DNA of 56,971 bases from Octopus bimaculoides (taxonomy: Eukaryota). The translations under genes and the position numbers were made by a program. Position 1 is the first letter of the stretch. Every line of letters starts with the position of its first letter. Positions 50,262-56,971 of the stretch are shown in pieces. The notes under the pieces were generated by a model, which worked only from the letters and a program-made list of their open reading frames with translations, was not told the DNA's origin and did no database searches. Location of the stretch: the NCBI RefSeq assembly GCF_001194135.2, contig NC_068983.1:157173729-157230699 (forward strand). The letters are read 5' to 3'.

Positions 50262-52243
50262 ATCATCATCATTATTTAACGTATGCTTTCCATGCTGGCG
50301 ACTGAGGACTGGCAAGCCAGGAGGCTGCATCAAGCTCCAATCTGATCTGGCCTTCCTAATGCCAACCAATCCAAGAGTGTAGTGGGTGCTTTTTACATGC
50401 CACCGGCATGGGGGCCAATCAGGTGGTACTGGCAACGACCATACTCAAATGGTGCTTTTTACATGCCACTGGCACAGGTCCAGTCAGGCGGCACTGGCAT
50501 CGACCACGTTTGTATGGTACTTTTTACATGCCACCAGCACGGGATCCAGTCCAGTGGGACTAGCATTGACCATGCTTGAATGGTGTCTTTTATGTGCCAG
50601 TCAGGGAGTACTGGCATCAGCCACAATAATGATTTCACTTGACTCAACAGGTCTTCTCAAACACAATATATTGCCCAATGATTGAAGGGTACTCTTAAAT
50701 GGGCCAGTTATGTGACACTGTCATAAGCCACGGTTATAGTTGCACTTGGCTTGCCGAGTCTTCTCAAGCACAGCATATCTCCAAAAGTTTTGGTCACTTG
50801 TCATTGCCTCCATGAGGCCCAATGTCCAGAGGTCATGCTTCACCACTCATCCCAAGTCTTCTTGGGTCTACCTCTTCCACAGGTTCCCTCCACTGTTAGG
50901 GTGTGACACTTTTTCACACAGTTGTCCTCATCCATACGCAACACATGACCATACCAGTGCAATTGTCTCTCTTGCACACCACACCTGATGCCTCTTATGT
51001 CCAACTTTTCTCTCAGGGTGCTTACACTCTGTCGTGTATGCACACTGACATTACACATCCAGCAGAACATACTAGCTTCATTTCTTGCAAGCTTATGCAT
51101 GTCCTCAGCAGTCACTGCCCATGTTTCACTGCCATGTAGCATGACAGTTTGCACACATGCATCATACAGTCTACCTTTCACTCTGAGTGAGAAGCCCTTT
51201 GTTACCAGCAGAGGTAGGAGCTCTCTGAACTTTGCCCAAGCTATTCTTATTCTAACAGCTACACTCTCAGAGCATCCACCCCCACTACTGACTTGGTCAC
51301 CTAGGTAACGGAAGCTATCAACTAATTCTAGTTTTTCCCCCTGGCATGTGACAAGCTATCAACTAATTCTAGCTTTTCCCCCTGGCATGTGACAAACTGT
51401 TTGCTGCACATTTTCAGTGTTTATTGCCCGTGCATCTGCCACACACAAAAACTATCTTCCCAGTTAGTCTTCCTTTGATATTGCTGCACTCTTTGTGTCC
51501 ATAGCTTACACAAGGTACATCTTATGGAGTGTCTACCTATGCCTTTTCTACAGATCAAACAGAGCCGTCTACCTGAAAGGATTTGTGATTTGTCTGCTTT
51601 TCTACTTACTAAGACTTTGGTTTTTGCTAGATTGACTCTAAGACCCTTTGGTTCTAGACTTTGCTTCCACACATAAAACTTCTCCTCTATTTCTGATAGT
51701 GACTCAGCTATTAGAGCAAGGTCATCAGCATAGGGCAACCTGTCTTGAATTCCTCTGTTATTGTCTGGAGGACTATGATTAATAAGAGGGGGCTGAGGAC
51801 TGATCCTTGGTGGACCCCTAACTCTACCCGGAATTCTTCACTGTACTCATTGCCAACCCTCACCTTACTGACAGCATCCCTGTACAGGGCTTGTACAGCT
51901 CTCACTAACCACTCATCTATCCCTACTTTCTGCATTAACCACCAGATAAGGGATCGGGAGACCCTGTCAAAGGCTTTCTCCATGTAAACAAAAGCCAAGT
52001 ACAGAGGTTTATCTTTAGCTAGGTATTTCTCCAGCAGCTGTCTTACAAGAAATATAGCACCAGTGGTACTTTTCTCTGGCACAAACCCAAACCACATCTC
52101 ATCTAAACTCTCCCTAATTAGTTAGGCTATGACCCTCTCTGTGACTTCATCACCTGATCCAACAATTTGATACCGCTGTAATTATTCATAGCTAATGTGT
52201 CACCTTTACCTTTGTAGCAGTTGACTATGATGCTGCTACACCA
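50262..52243 (-). mobile_element. 5'-truncated RTE LINE nested in Gypsy RNase H
   Basis: RT fragments; Gypsy RNase H reads ...SPRNIRH on the left and YISQFTVDICYIKG on the right. Confidence 0.88.
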
Positions 52244-53760
52244 GTCATTGTTTATATTTCACAGTTTACTGTGGATATTTGTTATATCAAGGGTGTTGAT
52301 AATTCTGCTGCAGCCCCTTTATCCCATGTCAATGTCAATGTTTAGTAGCTTACCAATACTATTGACTTATGGTGTGATGTTTCTACTGGATCGTCTAGAC
52401 TGTACATCCCAGAGAATCATAAGCAAACCATCTTTGCTCTCCATAATTTATTGCATCCAGGTATTTGAAATTAATTTCGAATTGCTTTGTTTGGCCAAGT
52501 ATGTAGAAAGATACTCAAAATTATGTATGCCATTGTACATCCTGCCAAAGAACCAAGGTTAAGTGCTACAGCAAAATACCATTAGACACTTTTGCTACTC
52601 CTAACACTTGTTTCAAGCATATCCACTTAGATATTGTTGGTCCGTTTCTACAATTTCAGGACAAAATGGATATTTTGACCTGTATAGTTGGTTTTTTTCT
52701 CAATGGCCTGAAGCCATACCAATTAAAGATATTTCATCCTTTACAGTTGCAAAGGCCCTAATGGCTGAATGGATTTCATTTGGAACACCTATGACAACAA
52801 TGTCTGACAGGAGTCATCAGTTCAAATTCAGTCTTTTTGCTAATTAACGTTAGGGCTAGGGTTAAGGTTACCTGCTAGGTATGTCAAATTCATACTACAG
52901 CTTGTCCCCCACCATGTCTAATGGAATGGTAGAATGTTTCCATCAACAGCTTAAAATAGCTTTACAAGCACATTCTAATTCAGATAGATGATTAGAAGCC
53001 CTACTGATTGTGTTATTAGCTTTACATACTGCTGTAAGGAAGACCTAGGTTACTCACTGGCAGAATTACTGTTGGGTTTGCACTTACACTGCCTGGTCAA
53101 TTGATATTAGCTACAGCTACTCAACATGAACCTACCAACTATGTTCATCAGCTGTGCAGTTACATGGCAGACTTACCTCTGTTAATAACAAAACCACAGT
53201 CAATTATAACTTTTGTTGCATCCAATATCAATACCTGAACTCACATATTTGTATGCACTGATGCAGTTAAGCATCCCTAGCAGATAGTTTATTCTGGCCC
53301 CCGCAGTGTTTTCAAAGATAAACCAAAGTATATGGTTTTCAACAGTCAGGGGGTCAATGTCAATCAACTTAAGCAGACTTTCATCAAATCTACTCCCCTA
53401 CTACAACACTCCTGTATTGCTGTACCCAAACAATCCACACATAAAAATGCATTATCCAACAATAGTGCACTTCAGACTGACAGAGTAACCAAAAGTGGAA
53501 GAAAAGTACATTGGCTAGCTAGGTACACTCACAAATATTTTTATTAACACGAAAAAAAAAAAATGTTTTCATTTTATAGTTCCTACAGAACTTTGCATTT
53601 TCTAGGATGTTTTCATTGTTGCATGGACATTTTTTTCAACGATTTTTCAGTATTTAATGCATGTATTTCTTTTTTTTTTGCCTCTTTGTACTTGTGTTGG
53701 TCTCTCTCTCTCTCTCTCACTTTTTATGTAAATGCACTTTTTACTATTTTGCCTTTTTTG

Positions 53761-53910
53761 ACATTGGTTGGCGTTAGGAAGGGCATCCAGCTGTAGAAAC
53801 TCTGCCAAATTAGATTGGAGCCTGGTGTAGCCATCCGGTTGCACCAGTCCTCAGTCAAATCGTCCAACCCATGCTAGCATGGAAAGCGGACGTTAAACGA
53901 TGATGATGAT
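53761..53910 (+). mobile_element. RTE tail fragment just before the Gypsy 3' LTR
   Basis: Same tail family; another copy at 56172-56345. Confidence 0.8.
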
Positions 53911-54375
53911 GTAAAGGGCTAGGAAGGACTGCTGTAGTGGTGATTCAAAACCAACTCCCTGAATACACAAACTCTCATCACAAGCAAACCACCATGGTTT
54001 CACATGATCAGTCTATTAACCAACCAATCAACATGAAGTGACGGTGTGGACAAGTTTTCTTGAACATTCTAGAATTTGACTTCTGGTCTCCTATAAAACT
54101 GTGCAGCACACATTTTCACCAGTCAGATGACACAGAAAGATGACAGAAACCTCCATCACCACAAATATAGCACAATTGTTTCCAGTTATGTTTGGCAAGC
54201 AACATGTTGCCGTATTAGAAGCTTGCCATAAACTCCAGGCAGTATCTCTCTCTCAGTATGCAATTATTGCTGTAAAAGGGCAATGTAGTTTGTCTTTATG
54301 GGTGATAAAGTTTTGTTAAATATTTATGGATCTTGTTCAGTTACTTCTACATGCAATCCAAGAAACATATTTTCA

Positions 54376-54612
54376 AAAAAGGCGGTGAGCTGACAGAAAC
54401 GTTAGCACGCCGGGCAAAATGCTCAGCAGCATTTCGTCTGCCACTGCGTTCTGAGTTCAAATTCCGCCGAGGTCGACTTTGCCTTTCATCCTTTTGGAGT
54501 CGATATAAATTAAGTACCAGTTACGCACTGGGGTCGATCTAATCGACTTAATCCCTTTGTCTTTCCTTGTTTGTCCCCTCTATGTTTAGCCCCTTGTGGG
54601 CAATAAAGAAAT
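54376..54612 (+). mobile_element. Family A SINE inserted in the Gypsy 3' LTR
   Basis: Perfect 16-bp TSD aagaaacatattttca (54360-54375 and 54613-54628); the 5' LTR shows the empty site. Confidence 0.9.
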
Positions 54613-55242
54613 AAGAAACATATTTTCATTTATCAACTCAACCAGTCACCATCACAAACCAACCCACACTAAAAGTCATAACACCACTTTTCAGTAAAAA
54701 ACTTAAATACAATCTTAAACAGTAGAGCCGAGTTAGAGATCATGAATGACAGATATGTCTCAGAGAAGATACATGGTCTGCAGTGGGTTGGATCAAAATT
54801 CATAGATATTTGTGTAAAAAAGAGAAAATAATTCATTGGGTTGTCTTTGTTCTTTGTCAAAATGGGGACTATGAATTGATGTTTACCACTCATGTGACTT
54901 GCAACCAGTCAATTAAAACTTTTTCTTCTCGCCCACCTTCATCTCTTGATGGAATAGGGGTCGTTTTAACTCTCTAGTGTTCTACTATAAATGGACTACC
55001 ACACCATATTGTGAGTATAACATGGCAGCATCATTGTATGTTGGTTCACAAACAATTTATTCTGAAATAAATTAGGCCAATCATTGAAAACAACATTGTT
55101 ATGTGTTACTTTGATTTTGACTTCCAAATAAGTCACCTTCAAAATAACTGAAGACTCTATAACCTATCTGGCATAGGATACTATATAGTTATTTTGTTGC
55201 AAAAACATTACTCTTATTCTTAAAATATAATGGAACACAATT

Positions 55243-55310
55243 TTTATTAAGTAAACAAAACTCTTCAAAAATAATATAAATGAAGTAATGATTGGTGTCA
55301 AAACTTTATT
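55243..55310 (-). terminator. Candidate MRPS25 polyadenylation signals (AATAAA at 55305-55310 and 55243-55248)
   Basis: Two tttatt hexamers on +, 110-180 nt past the stop. Confidence 0.45.
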
Positions 55311-55421
55311 TAGGATTTTAAAATTAAAATCCCTCAGGATTTGGAAGTTCATCTTTCAGAAAAATCTATAAAACTGGTAAATATTTGCAAATATAAATAT
55401 TCAAAACATACAACAAATTTT

Positions 55422-55617
55422 CTACATTTCCTCTTTTTCTTTCTGTTTAAGAACTTGCCATGTATTTTTACCCATTACTTCAGGACGAGTTGTAACAAAA
55501 CCAGAACAAGGAACTTGACCAGGAACTTCACATATACACCAACGAGAACAACCATGACCAAAATTTGCAGGATGTACGTTAGCTTCTTTGGTTGTGGCAG
55601 CTGTAGACAGGGGATTT
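55422..55617 (-). CDS. MRPS25: Mitochondrial ribosomal protein S25, last coding exon (upstream exons outside window)
   Basis: tttttatag|A AAT... translates NPLSTAATTKEANVHPANFGHGCSRWCICEVPGQVPCSGFV...KEEM*. HPANFG..CICEVxGQVPC is the MRPS25 C-terminal signature. Absent from the ORF track. Confidence 0.92.
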
Positions 55618-55681
55618 CTATAAAAAAAAAAAAATGAAATAAATGAAGACTTCTATATAAATCAATGAATATGTAACTCTA

Positions 55682-55865
55682 TGGGGGAGGGAGCCGGTTG
55701 AAATCGATCGGCCCCGGTGTGCGGCTGGTGCTTGATTTGTCGACCCCTGAAGGGATGGCGGGTAGGGTCAGCCTCGGCGGAATTTGAACTCAGAACGTGG
55801 TGATAAGCAAAATGCCGCTGAGTATTTTGTCCGGCGTGCTGGCGATTCTGCTAGCTCGCTGCCTT
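55682..55865 (-). mobile_element. Family A SINE, A-to-G hypermutated on the + strand
   Basis: Aligns to the reverse complement of 33842-34012 with a strong A>G excess. Confidence 0.85.
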
Positions 55866-56671
55866 AATAACAATAATGATAACAACAACAATAATAATAA
55901 TGCCCTGATGCAGTAGCAGGCATTGGCTCTCATGGCTTCTGATCTTAACTCATTGGAAGTGTTATCATGTACATTTTTTTTGTCTTGGTATAAAAGATGA
56001 GCTACAGCAAATATTCTGCTCAGTATCTCAGGTTTGCTTGTCAGTTGTTTGACCTTAACCAGTTGAGCATGTCCCTTAGTGGCTGACAATATGTGCATCT
56101 CTGATCATGAACAGAAGTAGTTGGGGAGCATCATAGTCAGGTGTTGAGAGGGATTCTTAAGAGTTTGGATAAAGCACCCACTACACTCTCGGAGTGTTTG
56201 GCATTAGAAAGGGTATCCAGCTGTAAAAACTCTGCCAGATCAGATTGGAGACTGGTGCAGCCATCTGGTTCGCCAGTCCTCAGTCAAACCGTCCAACCCA
56301 TGCTAGCATGGAAAGTGGACATTAAACGATGATGATAATGATGATGTGAAAAGATGCACAAAGCAGTGATGGAAAGTATACAAACTTAGAACTAGTTCAA
56401 ATATATTTGAGAGGTATTTGAACTTGTATAGGATTTTCACTGCAGTTTGTCACAGAGAAAAAAACATTCTCACTTGAGGCAACTCTGAGGTGACCAGGAA
56501 GAAAAGCTTCTTTTACTGTAAATCAGTAAAGATTATTAACAACTTTTTGTCTATAGGGAGAATTTTTTCTCCATGACAACCTGCAGTGGAAAACATTTAC
56601 ATGTTCAAATATCTCTCAAAAATATTTGAAATAGTCTTAAGTTTGTATATTTTCCATCACTGCTTCATTCA

Positions 56672-56848
56672 TATATATATATATGTATATATATATGTAT
56701 ATATATGTATATATATGTATATATATATGTATATATATGTATATATATATGTATATATATATACATATATATATATACATATATATATATACATATACAT
56801 ATATACATATACATATATACATATACATATATACATATACATATATAC

Positions 56849-56897
<49 letters not shown>

Positions 56898-56971
56898 CAT
56901 ATATATATACATATATATATACATATATATATACATATATATATACATATATATATACATATATATATACA
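56672..56971. repeat. TA-rich compound microsatellite
   Basis: (TA)n interrupted by periodic G, then by periodic C. Confidence 0.95.

Larger units (their letters stand above)
49479..54656 (+). mobile_element. Old, internally deleted Gypsy provirus with nested insertions
   Basis: 5' LTR 49479-49825 (TG...CA), PBS tggtgaccc 49827-49835, RNase H (KHFHRFLEGQTFIKYTDHK), integrase remnants, VTKSGRKVHW C-terminus, purine-rich PPT, 3' LTR 53933-54656; no clean TSD. Confidence 0.75.

Noticed and set aside
55341-55637. 98-aa + strand ORF
   Set aside because: It is the antisense shadow of the MRPS25 last exon.
261-56960. ORFs such as YIYIY, HTHTH, MYVCMY and poly-X in the ORF track
   Set aside because: They are translations of microsatellites and N gaps.

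Overview
AT-rich, repeat-dense eukaryotic genomic DNA with six N gaps. It is most likely an octopus (inferred from the SINE/RTE repeat families and microsatellite load, not proven). Two minus-strand host genes were reconstructed by hand; the ORF track shows only fragments of the first and misses the second. The first is a nearly complete Ku80/XRCC5 gene: 18 coding exons from 44078 down to the stop at 7333, all GT-AG and phase-consistent, about 600 aa plus an unresolved first exon, with an E2F-site cluster upstream. The second is the last coding exon of MRPS25 (55422-55617). The rest is mobile DNA: RTE LINEs and their 3' tails, three tRNA-derived SINE families, three solo LTRs, a nested Gypsy provirus, Tc1/Tigger, hAT, piggyBac-like and Helentron-like MITEs, and a HERO-like remnant. 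The best leads are (1) Ku80 appears to lack the two exons encoding most of the C-terminal helical domain while keeping the DNA-PKcs-binding tail, (2) one SINE copy carries dense strand-specific A-to-G changes resembling fossil ADAR editing (or an artefact), and (3) inverted repeats bracket Ku80 exon 8. No prokaryotic-type system, CRISPR array, rRNA or true tRNA gene was found. All alignments and counts were done by eye, and the human comparisons are from recall.
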